Assembly: GCF_006345805.1 (NCBI RefSeq)
Contig: NC_042998.1
Location: 16,182,001 to 16,246,000 of the forward strand
Length of the DNA: 64,000 nucleotides
Source of the DNA: Octopus sinensis
Taxonomy: Eukaryota
Reading direction: 5' to 3'
Of this stretch, positions 27,163 through 40,499 are shown piece after piece (position 1 is the stretch's first letter; each line of letters opens with the position of its first letter). The notes below the pieces were generated by a model. The model searched no databases and was not told the origin of the DNA. It saw only the letters and a program-made list of their open reading frames with translations. The translations under genes and the position numbers were made by a program.

Positions 27163-27436
27163 CTATCCACTCAGTCGAAGTCGACTCTCGGTCACTCGTT
27201 GGATCAGTGTCCTCCAGTCAGTTCTATCCTGGGCCGCTTCTTTCAGATTGGCTATGTCCATTCCGGTATCACTCTTGACGGTGTCAAGCCAGCGGGTTCT
27301 TGGTCAGCCTCTTCCTCTCTTGCCACTGACCATTCCGAGCATGATGTCCTTCTCCAGGGATTTTCTCCGCATAATATGGCCGAAATATGCCAATCTAGGC
27401 TTGGTGATCCTAGCTTCTAGCGACATTTTCGGCCTT
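27163..27436 (-). mobile_element. 5'-truncated RTE (BovB-like) LINE 3' end
   Basis: Minus strand: SLEARITKPRLAYFGHIMRRKSLEKDIMLGMVSGKRGRG*PRTRWLDTVKSDTGMDIANLKEAAQDRTDWRTLIQRVTESRLRLSG*. Confidence 0.9.
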
Positions 27437-28635
27437 GAGAGTGTGTGTGCATACATGTGTGTGCTTGTGTGTGCGTGTGTGTACCTAGGTGCAGTTATGT
27501 GCCTTTAACTGTGCAATATCACTAGAGAGAAAACATACCTGAATCAAAAATGGTTTCACAAATATAGTATGTCAGTTGACAGATGTATGAAAGAAAATAT
27601 TCATTATGCTATAATACCGCTACTTTTCCGGTACAGACTGAATTATATATGTAAAATAATATAATATGTGTAGGATGATAATCAAATCTCAGAAGCATTA
27701 GCAAAGAGTTTGAAGGGTAATTTGTGATTTAGTTGATAAAATAACCGAAACCGTTAACGATATAGAGTAGCGCGGAGCAAATTATATGAGAATAAAGATG
27801 TTTATTTGTAAGGTTTATAAGACAGCCTGTCACTTACAAACTAAGTTGTAAGTTATCTAAGTATACTTACGAAGTGCATTTTTTATAACCTACTGATTTT
27901 CTTTCTGATAAAGGAATTTATTTCACAAACCCCTTGCTACAGATCCAATTTCATTGATTATAATTCTTGAAAACTACCTTATTCGTGTAGCAATGCTGTC
28001 GATATTATTGTGAATGTAGTTGGCTAAACTTTAAGGTTGTTAACACTTTGTTTCAAAAATGTCAATATGAATATTCATGCGAACAGCATCGAAAGCAATG
28101 AACCTCTAATTGTAGGTTTGTGGCACTTTGTCAATATGAAGGTTGTTGAGAGTTATGTCAAAGTTGTACATGTCTGTTGAATATAAACTACAACCAAATG
28201 ACACTAAAATGATCAGATTGTTCAGTTTTAAGATCTAACTGCATGGTCAACCGAGGAAATTAAGGCAATTCTTTTTAAATACGCAGAAAGGCGCGAACCA
28301 GATTTTATGAAATTTGAGATGTTTATTTGATTGTAGGCTGTATAAGACAGCGCCTGTCACAGTTGTACGATATCGTAATTTAGTTACTCATTGCATTTTT
28401 GATAACCTTTTCATTTCCGTGAAATAATGAAATTTCTTTCCCATTCAAAGCCATTGCCTATAATTCATGAAATCTACTCCCTTCCCTGCATTATTGGAGT
28501 TCATCTCTTTGCGAATGCACTTGGGTAATCTTAAAAATCATAGACACTTGGTTAATGTATTCCATCTAATTTTTGCAGGCAATATTAATCGGTTAATCTA
28601 AATCACACCTTTACGTGGAACCTCGATATCTTTAG

Positions 28636-28714
28636 CGTATACGACTCTCCTGCAACTATCGTAACCATGGATCATTTGATAAGAAGATACCATTCTCCTT
28701 ACTACAGAAATTCG
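28636..28714 (+). CDS. Candidate internal exon (RIRLSCNYRNHGSFDKKIPFSLLQKF)
   Basis: Acceptor tatctttAG and donor CG|GTAAGC. Two frames are open; no homology was recognised. Confidence 0.25.
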
Positions 28715-30014
28715 GTAAGCGCGGCGTCTCACTCTTCCCCAAAACGGAAACTCTACATGAAAATTCGATGTAATTTACACATGCTATTATATTTTAGGGA
28801 TATAATGACTAATTACTGCTCCCAATAATATCATATAAATTGTGTAGATAAAAAGGAAAGATGTTTCGACACTCCCATTAGGAAGACGAAGGGTAAAGCA
28901 CCACAAATATATTGAACTATTTTGTGAAATAAATTAAAGATTTCGGAGTATTTATTTCATCTCTTTGTGATTTTATTTTCTATTCTGAAGAATGTATAGT
29001 TCATGCTATTTCAAAATATTCAGACATGAATTCCGTTTTGAAGTCTTAAGTATGTTAAAAGTACAAATAAAAGAAATGTTTTACAATAAATAGATTTTGC
29101 TCTGAAGATATGTTTAATAATCTTGTATTTGGAGATACATTTATATACAGTGACGTTTATATACTTATCAGTACTGCAGACATAGAATTAGTTGACTATT
29201 GATTGTACGCTCCTAAATATTCTGTAATTTCTAAAAGCAATAGTCAGGCGATTACGGATTTACTGTCAGTTAACAGCGAAGAAACTGTGTTACAGATTTT
29301 GACAAATTCTCATTTTATATTCGATGACTTTGTTCCGACAATGAACATTTTCCATTCAACCGAATTACATTGAATTCGAGGTTAATTTATCAATGGTAGA
29401 ATGGTAGCAATTCTACATTAGGTCTAAACACTACCTCAGTATATATCTAATACCATTGGCTGTAGAATTATAATTTTTGAAATTACATTTTTAAATCAAG
29501 GGTCATTTTGATACGAACTGCGAGTTGTTGTGGCACATGTTAAATTTTATATACGATTACAAAATGCAATAAAACTTGTCAGTATCACTATAAAAACATC
29601 GATATTTTAAAAACATTGAGGTGCATCAATATATGTGCAAGAGATATGCTGCAAGCTTTTCTCATGATGTAGATTCATAATTCCCCATCAACTGTGCGAT
29701 AAATTGTTATGTTGTAAATTACTAAAACCAATATTTCATAGCACAATTTATCTGGGTGATGAAGATGGTGTTAAACATGACTCCACAACAGTGAAAACAC
29801 ATCCCGAAATTTATCACAGTACATCATGATTATATAAAAGAAACATACCGATGTCATTAAGCAGATCATAGATATACATGTGATATACATGAAGTGTATA
29901 ACATAGATTCATGTTCAGTTACTTTTGGAAATACAAGAGTATTATAAATTCAATCTGTAGTAAAATAATCATATCTGTTATAGCCACATGGCTTAACATT
30001 TTGAGGAGAATGCA

Positions 30015-30155
30015 AGTTGATTTCATCGACCCTTAAGCTCACCTGGTACTTATTTTATCGAGGCCGAAAGGATGAAAGGCGAAGTCGACTTTGATGAAAT
30101 TTGAACTCAGAAGGAAAAGACAGACGGAATGACGCTAAGCATTTCGTCCACCGTG
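30015..30155 (-). mobile_element. SINE family 3, partial
   Basis: Family signature motif present. Confidence 0.8.
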
Positions 30156-32041
30156 CTGAAGAAAAAAACTCAGTAACTGATAAGCATTTGGAAAACTTGT
30201 AATATTTCACAAGAAATTGCATATCAACTGCTGAAAAAGAGGTCAGACAGGATAGTTTGTTTAGTTAAATGGGCCATATACGACCATTAGAATTTATTTA
30301 TAAGGGACGAAACTTGGGGCATATTTGAAAAGAATTTCGGAAAAAATACAGCAACAATATCAAGAAAAAGTAACAGCAAAATAACAGTTCATTAAAACTT
30401 AGACATACTTACTCAATTAGTGGACTTCTTTGCATTTGTCTTATTTCTTTTCTGTGCTTCAGGTTTATATCTTGCTTTGAACTAAATGCATGTTACTAGC
30501 ACGAAATCGATGTGATAGCACAACTCTAGAGACAACAGTAATCTTTTATACACACATACTATAGTAATCTATATGCACATGTAGTTTTGGTTCTGCACAA
30601 ATGAACAACAGCTATAAAATCAACACTACCTATGTGCTAACTTACAAACAAATATACTGGATATTCATTGGTGAAAAATTACTTGATCATAGACACGCGT
30701 GAGGTATGAAGCGGTGTGAAACATATACAACCGTAGGCATACTGGTTGTGTCTCAACCTTAATTTTGCTAGTATTCGTTATAATTTAAACGTGGAAGTTG
30801 ATCAAATCAACATTTCAGTTTGGACATATTGTGAGAGAGACATTTAAAGGACACAATAGTGATAAATATCATACAATACGATATAGGATATGAAGAAGTA
30901 GAAAACGTAAATACTCAATAATGAAATAGGAAGAAGCGTAAATAATGAAAAATAGACGAGCGATGGTACAGTGGAAATATTGAAAATATACTAATGAGCG
31001 TGTTAAAGTCAGTGAAACCAATTAACAAACATGTTAAAGAGAGAAAGCTCAGGTAATCAAATAGCAGATATTTGTTAACGGTTAATGCTGCTCTTGATCA
31101 CGACAGTAGCATTAAGTTTCCGTTTCTTCTAATGAGGATTATATGCGTTATATGGTGCACGATAACTCTTCAAGCAGAGATGTTAGCTATGATAAAGGAA
31201 CATTCTTTGTTATTGTAGTCACCTTTGAGTTACACCTCTCCAGAAATGAAAAATTCTGAGTCATCTTGAATAGCCACCACTCTGCTATTTCATCTGGAAT
31301 TTAATACATTGCGATTCTATTGGTGTTAATACTTCAAAGGAAAAATCGAAATAGATTCTCATAATCAGAAGCAAAGAATATAATTCAAAGAACCCTCACT
31401 CGCATGCGAGCATGTCATATGAGCAGGAGCTTGTAGGTGAAAGCATGATGCATTTACAAAGGGTTTTGGGTGTCTCTGTTATAACGAGCAAATACAGAGT
31501 CTTTCAACATTCTTAAACTTGACACCGCAGGACGTTGAGAATGTAAAGCTAGAGGGAATGAGTATAACACCAGCATCTACCTGGCATATAATTTCACTGG
31601 AATTGACCGAAGCAATGTGAAATGAAGTCTTTTTTATTCAAAGTCACAACGATCGAAAAACCACAAACTTATGATTTTATGCTCAGCATCCTAAACATTG
31701 ACGGAACTAGTAATATAATACTTCCGCATAAAATATTCCAAAATAACTCGGTATAATTATTAATAATTTTTGCAAACTTGTAATTATCGTAATTCTAATA
31801 ATTATGTTTCCTCAAATGGTATTTGTATTTTATCATGTCAAGCATCGAAGCAATTTTCTTTTGTTACCTTAAAGGGTTTACAGTCTTTCGCTGCATTGAG
31901 ATTACGGTGTAAACTTCTGAAATGTGCCCTTACCGGTGTGGAAAGAACAAGGGGAATTTTAATACAAAATCTATTTAATTTCACTCTCTCTCACTCCTTC
32001 TTTCCCTCTCTCTCCTCTTTCTATCCTGTCCCTATATATAT

Positions 32042-32118
32042 GAACGTCCAATAATACTTTATTTGTTCCACGTCCTTGCGTTGTTGTTTTTTTTGTTTTT
32101 GTTTTCTTGTTTGGATTA

Positions 32119-32125
<7 letters not shown>
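32042..32125 (+). mobile_element. Family B 3' fragment lacking the hammerhead
   Basis: CGTCCAATAATACTTTATTTGTTCCACGTCC...GGATTAACTTTATATA, ending in (TA)n. Confidence 0.75.
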
Positions 32126-32150
<25 letters not shown>

Positions 32151-32335
32151 CTATATAATTAGGGTTCAGCAAAGATTTGCTTTACCACATACCGAAGTAG
32201 TTTAGAAATAGCAGCCAAAAAACATTAGCTATTTCCTCTACTTTAAAAAGGGACTCCCACAAAAAAACAAAATACTTGAAAACAATCCACGCAGGCAGAG
32301 AGGAAAAATAACGAAAATCAATCGATATATGATTA

Positions 32336-32417
32336 CCCATGTACGCGTTTCGGAATTAGATCGGTATAAAGAATATAGAATTATACTTTACCCAAACATT
32401 TTCTTCATCAGCATAGG
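32336..32417 (-). ncRNA. Hammerhead ribozyme, family F, intact core
   Basis: Minus strand: cctatg CTGATGA a gaaaatg...ttcc GAAA CGC GTA catggg. It has a 6-bp stem I, a palindromic ACGCGT stem III and a GUA cleavage triplet, and lies in a (TA)n-flanked segment at about 32153-32535. Confidence 0.72.
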
Positions 32418-32594
32418 ACTTCGACAATATTAAATATTAAAAATATTAAATTCGAAGGCACTGGAAGAATTGAACATATCTCTCCACCTAACGGAATCAG
32501 ACAGATCATATTCAGTGTCAGTACCGCCGAATTATATATATATATATATATATATATAAATATTATATATATATATATAATATATATATAAATA

Positions 32595-32658
<64 letters not shown>

Positions 32659-33656
32659 ATTGGAAAATGCGTTTATGAGCGATCAATTAATTTTGAGTAC
32701 GCTTTTCGTAACAATTAGTAAGATTTTCAAGCACATGTCAACGTAAGGCTGTAACATGTTAGAGATGCGTTCAGAATCATAGTCTCTTTTGAGTAGAGAG
32801 AAAATCGTGGTAATATTTTACTGATTAATTATATAAACTTAGGTGATTTGTTTCCGGCCTGTTACCGGAAGAGGCAGAGACATTGATTCACAAGCTGTCA
32901 TTACATTTTTGATTAAATATTGAGACAATATTGTCACATTTGTATCACGTAGATGAACGGAGAGTGATAGTTGGCCAGGAGTGATTTGGAATGAATTTGC
33001 GAGTTCTATTTATTAGTAAAATAATAATCTGACCATGTGGAAATGGCAGAAGCTTAGTCTATGAGTCACAAACTAACAGAACAAAACACAGAAGACTGTG
33101 AAAGGAATGATCATTTGAGGGTCTTCTGTTGACAAGATCTACGGAAGCAAATGCAAAAGGAAGATAGTGCGGAGCACATGAGTCTGCGGCAGTTGTAGGT
33201 AACGCCCTTTTCATGTACACAGTGGTTAAGCTTTAAGGGAGAGATTGGGGAATATCACTTCATAGGTGGTATCAGAAAACAATTGTGACAGTGCATTATC
33301 TTTACAAGAACGAAAGAATCAAAATGAAAAAAAGATTATACAAATGAGAGAAGATCGAATTAGATACAAAATAGAAAGAAACTTGTCGAAATAAAAAGCA
33401 AATCCCACAAAAACCGACGATAAATATTTTGGTGTAGCTTGGCTATGTTTGCGCGTTGAAATGATTTCCACGAGACCAACGCATTTAACAGTAAAGTGCT
33501 CTTCGAAACAAACTTGATGCACCATCCAGAATATTAGTTAAACGCTCACCATTAAACTATGAAGACTTAATAGAAATTCTGCGGCAGCACGTAAAGTTTT
33601 TTTATAAACCCTACCCCAGCTCATAGAGTGCCGAAAGACGTTTCTGTTTGCACCAG

Positions 33657-33747
33657 ATCACAACAAGAAGAGGAATGGAGAGGATGGAAACGAATTGGCA
33701 TTGTTCTTGCAAGGCAGCAATTCTTATCGAGGCTACGTTCGGCTGCG
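33657..33747 (+). CDS. Candidate internal exon (DHNKKRNGEDGNELALFLQGSNSYRGYVRLR)
   Basis: Acceptor tttctgtttgcacCAG and donor CG|GTGAAA. All three frames are open. Loosely resembles the start of an SRCR domain. Confidence 0.28.
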
Positions 33748-33867
33748 GTGAAATAAGTATCAGCTATGCACAAGAATCGATGTAATCAACTGTTCCACAA
33801 CCAAAATTTTAGGCCATGTGCTTATAGTAGAAAAGATTATTAATATTATGATCATTATTGTTCTTCT

Positions 33868-33868
33868 A

Positions 33869-33939
<71 letters not shown>

Positions 33940-33940
33940 C
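33868..33940. repeat. (TAT)n microsatellite
   Basis: Read directly from the sequence. Confidence 0.95.
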
Positions 33941-33949
33941 ATGAAGTTG

Positions 33950-34160
33950 ATGAGCAGACATAATCGTTAGCATGCCGGGGGAAAAGTACTTAGCAGTATT
34001 TCGCTCGTCGATACGGCCCGAGTTCAAATTCCACCTAGGTCCACTTTTCCATTCATTCTTTCGGGGTCGATAAATTAAGTATCAGTGAAACACTGGGGCC
34101 GATGTAATCGACTTGTCTCTTCCCACCAAATTTCAGGCCTTATGTCTTTAGTAGAAAGGG
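33950..34160 (+). mobile_element. SINE family 3
   Basis: Family signature motif present. Confidence 0.8.
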
Positions 34161-34164
34161 TAAT

Positions 34165-35030
34165 TATAATTATTGTTATTTTTTCCCTTCTCTCTTCAAA
34201 TTTTCTTCCATTTCTCGTCGAGGGCAGAGAAGCTCATTGTATGGATTCCCAGATTGCACAAGCAAATTCACAGGTAAAATATGTATTTAAAAAATTAATA
34301 AATAGATAAAAACATGAATGGTTTTTGTTTTCACAGCGATAATGCTCTTCTCGGTACATGAGTCGTTCGAGTTAACACGATATTTTTCACTTCCTGTAGG
34401 GATGGTAAGCTTGGTATCATTTTCAAATAGGTTTCTGTAACTTTTTTTTTATCATTCCTAGAGATTCTACAATCACTGGTACAGTGGTCGCCTTAAGATG
34501 CCACATTTTCTTCAATTTCTATTAGCAAGTCTTTATATTTATTGATCTTGTCATATTCTTTCGCCGCTATATTGTGATTGCAAGGAATACTCATGTCAAT
34601 GAATAAACACACCCTTTTTGTCCTATCTTTGATAATAACATCTGTTTTATTAGCTTTTATAGTCTTGCCGGGATGTACGGGGAAGTGCGAGAGAATCGAC
34701 ACATTTTCTACCTCAGTCGCAACTTCAGGATTGTGTTCATACCATTTGTCAGTGGTTTTGATTTAATGCCGACATATTGTCCAGTGTAAATACTTGCCGA
34801 CTTTGTCATGTCTTGCTTTATATTCTACAGGTGCTACGACTCTGTACCCTGAAAATAGGAGGTTTCAATCTCATCGTTACAGAATCGGCATTTTGGGTCA
34901 GCTCCGGGTTAATAAGCTTTGGTCTTGAATAGTTAATATGAAACCTTCACTCTCTGTTTTTTGCCCCGAGCTTCGTAACCATTGGTGCGCATGTTTCTGA
35001 TCGACATCACCCTGTTTCCTACAGGCCACT
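34165..35030 (-). mobile_element. 5'-truncated R4/Dong-type non-LTR retrotransposon (zinc knuckle/RLE end plus 3' UTR)
   Basis: HQWLRSSGQKTESEGFILTIQDQSL, ARHDKVGKYLHW and TIKANKTDVIIKD...FIDMSIP. The 5' end abuts (AAT)n. Confidence 0.88.
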
Positions 35031-35031
35031 A

Positions 35032-35049
35032 TTGTTATTATTATTATTA

Positions 35050-35124
<75 letters not shown>

Positions 35125-35251
35125 AATGGTAGTAGAATGGTGGTGGTGATAATAGCAGTAGTAGTAGGAGTAGTAGCAGCAGCAGCGGCGGTAGTAGTTG
35201 TAGCAGCAGCAGCAGTAGTATTAGTAGTAGCTGTAGTAGTAGTAGTAGTAT

Positions 35252-35286
<35 letters not shown>

Positions 35287-35822
35287 TCAATATCATAAAT
35301 GGTCTTTTTTACTTCCTTACACGCAGCCACAGGCTGAACATGAAATATTAAAATTTAGTTTGATACATGTATGACTAAATAAATGAATATTAACTTCAAT
35401 GCAATTTACACAACAGAATTCATTATTTACTCATTAAAGTCGTTGTTTAATAGGCTAAGCAATCGATTGCCAAATAGAAAAAAAAATGTGATTTATATGA
35501 AGGCTTTTAAATTAAATGACAGATAATATATTTTTAATCTTCAGAACGTGCCGCGGCTGTTATAAAATCGTCTAATTCAAAGAACGCCGAAATGATTATG
35601 ATGATCAGTATGATCATCATTAGCATCATCATTACTCTCATCATAATCATCTTCATTATCATCATGGTAGTGGTATTGATGGTGGTAGTGGCGGTGGTGA
35701 CGATGATAATGATTGTGATAATGATGATGAGGACGATGGTGATGACAATGGTAATAATAATAATAATGATGACGATGACGAAGATGATGATGATGATGAT
35801 GATGATGGTCATAATAATAACA

Positions 35823-35853
<31 letters not shown>

Positions 35854-35868
35854 GACAACAACAGCAAC

Positions 35869-35902
<34 letters not shown>

Positions 35903-36012
35903 CAATAATAATAATAATAAAAATAATAATAATAATAATAACAATAATAATAATAATAATAATAATATTAATAATAATAATAATAATAATAATAATGATA
36001 ATAATAATAATA

Positions 36013-36050
<38 letters not shown>

Positions 36051-36055
36051 AATGG

Positions 36056-36145
<90 letters not shown>

Positions 36146-36190
36146 AAAACTAATGATCATGGTGTTGACGATGACGATGAGGATGATGAT
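35032..36190. repeat. Large compound (TAT)/(AGT)/(ATG)/(AAT) trinucleotide field
   Basis: Read directly from the sequence; a unique spacer lies at about 35290-35590. Confidence 0.92.
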
Positions 36191-38329
36191 ATAAATAATG
36201 GCACTATACTGTGCATAATGATAGAGGATATTCTCTTTTTATTTTAATAACAGTAATAATAACAAGTATTAATTCTTTCATTATTAATATTTATTATAAT
36301 GGTTTCTTGTAATTTATAAGTATCGATATAATAATCATTATGACTGTTATTATGCGTCGTTATTTTAAAGCGATTTCAACTTCATAGTTGACAGAATTTT
36401 TTTGCGTGGGAATGACTTGGGAGAATTATAAAAAAAAAAATAGTGCATTCTGAGAGCTAGTTTTGTAATATTTTCATATAAAATAATTAGGAGAATTTTT
36501 GAAGGAGTGAATATTGATTTTTGATTATGAAAGTATATGAAAGATTAAATTATAACTAGACATTAAAAGATATTCGTTCTTCTTGAAAGTTTACTGAAAT
36601 GACAAGAAATCGCAATTAGTCAATGGTTCTCTATATAGATGTGCTTTTTTCGATTATTTATCGGAAATGTATTAGAACGAAAAATACGATTAGAGTAAAA
36701 TAAATGTTTCATTTCTGTATGAAGATCATCGTTGGAAAGCAGCAGAAAACAAATTATATTTTCAGAAATTCCACTGTTAAAATTGCATAAGATAAAATTC
36801 ACATAATTTACTTTTGCAGTCCTCTAGGGTCAATGAAATAAATACTATCGAAACATTTGAATTAAAAAATGTAATTTGCACATTTTCCACATAACAATTA
36901 CTATATTTTTATGATTTATGATTCTCCTCAATATATATCCACGAGGGTTCTAGAGATGAAAACCGAACAGTTGTCAAGCATATTAAATTTGTTTCATAGT
37001 ATCAGCAGAAATTATTTTCCTATATAAGTTATGGCTCTACTTGAAACGTGAAACGTGCTTGTGATTAAAAGAAATGAACTTGTATGACTTTTATGAATTA
37101 TATTAACTTACTTTCACCAGAGATGCATTAGCATTGGGCGGATTTCTCTTTACATTTAGATAGCCATCATCCACACGACGTCTATCTGTTTCACTGGTAT
37201 TTTGTGACTCCGCTCCGTGTATTTGTACATTTCTCTAGTTACATCTCATTATATTCAGGAAAGTCGCCGGCACTTTCAATAATTAAAACTATATATATTT
37301 ATGATTATATGAAATGTAATCTAAAAACAGAAAAAAAAGCATACAAAAACAAAACTGTTTTCTGTTTCGCACCGTGTTCTGCATCACAGAATTCAATGAG
37401 TCATTACATGAATCAATATTATACAAATTAATGCAAATTAACTATCTTCAATGTCATACTTTTGCTATTGCAACATAATTTACATGGACATCACAAATAA
37501 AAATGAACTGTTTTGCATATTTTACACTTTCTCGAAATAACATTTAATTATCTAGTGACAATCATGATACATAAGGTTTATTCTCTCTTTGCAATAACAT
37601 CATAAGCACAAAGGAATATACACACGCGCATACACGTGTGTCTGTGCTTGTATGCATATATACATATATCTGCGTATGAATCAAAGAGTCATTATTCTTG
37701 CGTGTGCGTCTGGGAAAATACACGCTTTAGTACATATTCAAATAACTACAGTTCTACATTCATTTCATTTTTTTAGAATTTATACCATCAATCTATTCAC
37801 ACACGTACCTACCTTTGCTATACACTCGCATATATTTGAATAAAAGAATCCACATAGTTCTTACCAACCCATGTGATTCACCAATATATTTGTTATTACT
37901 TCAGATATTAAGTCACTCGCATTCGTCTCATCACATACACGCTTTCATATCATTCCGCTGTCGATTACACTCACTTTCAATTACCACATGCACTCACTAA
38001 TCAAAGACACTATATTTCCGCACAAGCACACTGTTATGCTAATACATACACCTCAAATAACACACACCTCTCGCCTATATGTTGGCTTAAGAATCAATTT
38101 AAAATTACAGCTACATCTGTTCATTTATCACATTCACCGGAGCTTGGCTTTTCCAACAACTCCCTTAATTTTTATCTTTTTTTTTGTGTCTGAGAACTTA
38201 ATTTTTCCCTACAAGTACGCTTCTCTCTTTCATTCTGACGAAAGTCTTCCATCCGAATCTCGATCACGCATTCTCTCTCCATTGAAGCATTAAGCTTATA
38301 GTCTATTTGTCAAACAGAACACCAATTGT

Positions 38330-38760
38330 TTTCTTTTTTGCTTTTCATTGTACATGAGTTCGGTATACTCCAAATTGGTTCTCTGTTATGTTGGTACTGT
38401 TTGGTAACTATAAGTTGATAGTAGATTATTTTCATGCTGTTATTTGTATTAGAAAGCAGGTTTTGACCTAATAGTCATATCATGAAGGTGTTTCGCTCCA
38501 GCTGATTGCTGTTGATTCTCAAGCAGCTTTTATGTCCTTAATGTTGTTGACACCGCCGGACTAAATAGGAATGCCCTGGTGTCGAAAATATACTAATATC
38601 TGTTTGGCAGCTGATGATGGGAATATGTATTTATTATACTTGTTTGTGAATTCCTTATTCTGAGTTGTCCTCCATTTCAGTAAAGTGGAAAGGTGTTTGT
38701 GGTGATTAGTTTCGTTGATATTGGCTGTTTTACTTCACACACACACATATGCAATTAGGA
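38330..38760 (-). pseudogene. Probable Penelope-like ORF relic
   Basis: PSSAAKQILVYFRHQGIPI*SGGVNNIKDI; paralogous to 24700-24850. Confidence 0.42.
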
Positions 38761-38789
38761 GGCAAGACATCAGATACTAAAATAGCAGT

Positions 38790-38925
38790 CGTGGCTGTGT
38801 GATAAGAAGCTTGCTTCCCATCCACATGGTTCTGGGTTCATTCCCACTTGGCAAGTGTATTCTAATATAACCTCGGGGTGACCAAATCATTGTGAGTGGA
38901 TTTGACAGAGAAGCCCGTTGCATAT
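38790..38925 (+). mobile_element. SINE family 2, 5' half (a matching 3' half lies at about 39930-40140)
   Basis: GTGGCTGTGTGATAAG...GTGAGTGGATTTG, then TA. The 3' half carries TTGACAACCGATG...CAAATGACTGAA. Confidence 0.78.
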
Positions 38926-39125
38926 GTATATAAAGTTAATCCAAATAAGAAAGCAAAAAGACAACAACGCGAGGATGTAGAACAAATAAAGTATTATTGG
39001 GCGCTCAGGAAAGAAGGGAAGAAGGAGGTTATGACGTTTCGAGCGGAGCTCTTCGTCAGAAACATAGGAGAAAGAAAGATCCCGAGGTGGAGGACAGAGG
39101 GGAAAAAATCCAAGTGGTCTTCACG
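38926..39125 (-). mobile_element. Hammerhead-carrying element, family B (motif 39028-39063)
   Basis: Minus strand: gttt CTGACGA A GAGC tcc GCTC GAAA C GTC ataac. Canonical core with a GUC triplet. Confidence 0.8.
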
Positions 39126-39229
39126 AGGTCACATACTGAAAATGCGGAAGTGGTAAAAAAGAAAGAGCAGGTTATCAAAAACAGGAGAGCGGAATCAAAG
39201 AAGGAATGGTAAACAACGGTGTGCGAGAT

Positions 39230-39800
39230 GAAAAGGGTGTGTGTGTGAGTGTGTGTGTTTGTGTATGTGTGTATATGGTGGGCAAAAGCTAGTGGCAAGT
39301 AGCAGTAGCGAGTCAGGAAGGCAGGTCAGAAACAGGGAGGAATGTGTGTGCGCGTATATGTCTCGTGTGTGTGTTTTGTTGTAGTATGTGTGTGTGTACG
39401 TGTGCGTTTTTTGTGTGTATGGCGAGTAACTGTGCTTAACTAAGTGTATGTGTTGGTGTGTGTGTGTGCATGTATGTGCGTATATGTATAATTGTGTGCA
39501 TGTATGTATGTGTGCGCATGTTTTGGTGTGCGTATGTATGTGTGTGTCTGTGCTTATATGTGTGTACGTATGTGTATGTGTGCGTGCGCGTGGGGGTATA
39601 TGTTGTGTGTATGTATATGTGTCGGTGTGTATGTGAATTCGTGTGTGTTTGTACTTGTGTAAGTGTGTGTGCGTGTATTGTATATATATATATGTAAATG
39701 TGTGTGTGTAAGTGCGTGGGAGTGAATGTAAGTATGTGCGTGTGTGTACAAAATGTAGGGGTATTATATGTGTGTTTATATGTTTATATGTGTGTATATA
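39230..39800. repeat. Degenerate (TG)n low-complexity tract
   Basis: Read directly from the sequence. Confidence 0.9.
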
Positions 39801-40140
39801 TATGCATGCAAGGACACACTTCGCAACTGAAAGAATGATGGAAAATACTCCTGCGGAGACAGGCGCAAGAGAAACCCCAGGCACAACGCGCCGGCCCAGA
39901 CACGAACCCGAGATCAAGCCAGAAATATATATATATATAATGTATGTATGAGCTTGTGTGTCTGTGTTTGTACACCCCATCAGTTGACAACCGATGTTGG
40001 TGTGTTTACGTCCCTGTAAATTTGCGGTTCGGAAAAAAGATAGAGACAAAATAGATATTAGACTTAGGCTTACTAAGAATAAGTCGGGGGGGGGGGCGAT
40101 GCCCGCAATCAAATGACTGAATCAAGTAAAAGAATAAAAG

Positions 40141-40180
<40 letters not shown>

Positions 40181-40199
40181 TGAGAGAGAGAGAGAGAGG

Positions 40200-40261
<62 letters not shown>

Positions 40262-40499
40262 TAGATAACCGAAGCTGTGTCCTGATCTTGCTCATTTGTT
40301 TAGTCCAATTTTCTAGTCGCTGTCGATTCATTTTAAACAATACCAATAATATTTTTTTTTTTAAATAAACAACTCAATTCATATGTATTTGTGTATGCAT
40401 GTGACTGCGGGTGTTTATGTAATCTATATTAAACTGACAATTTAATGCAAACATTCAACCTATCAGCACAAATGCCTCGACGAAATAGACCTGTCGGTG

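Noticed and set aside
33657-33747. Naming the candidate gene as an SRCR protein
   Set aside because: The expected downstream W..VC...W...A.V.CR.LG exon was not found, and all three frames of this exon are open.
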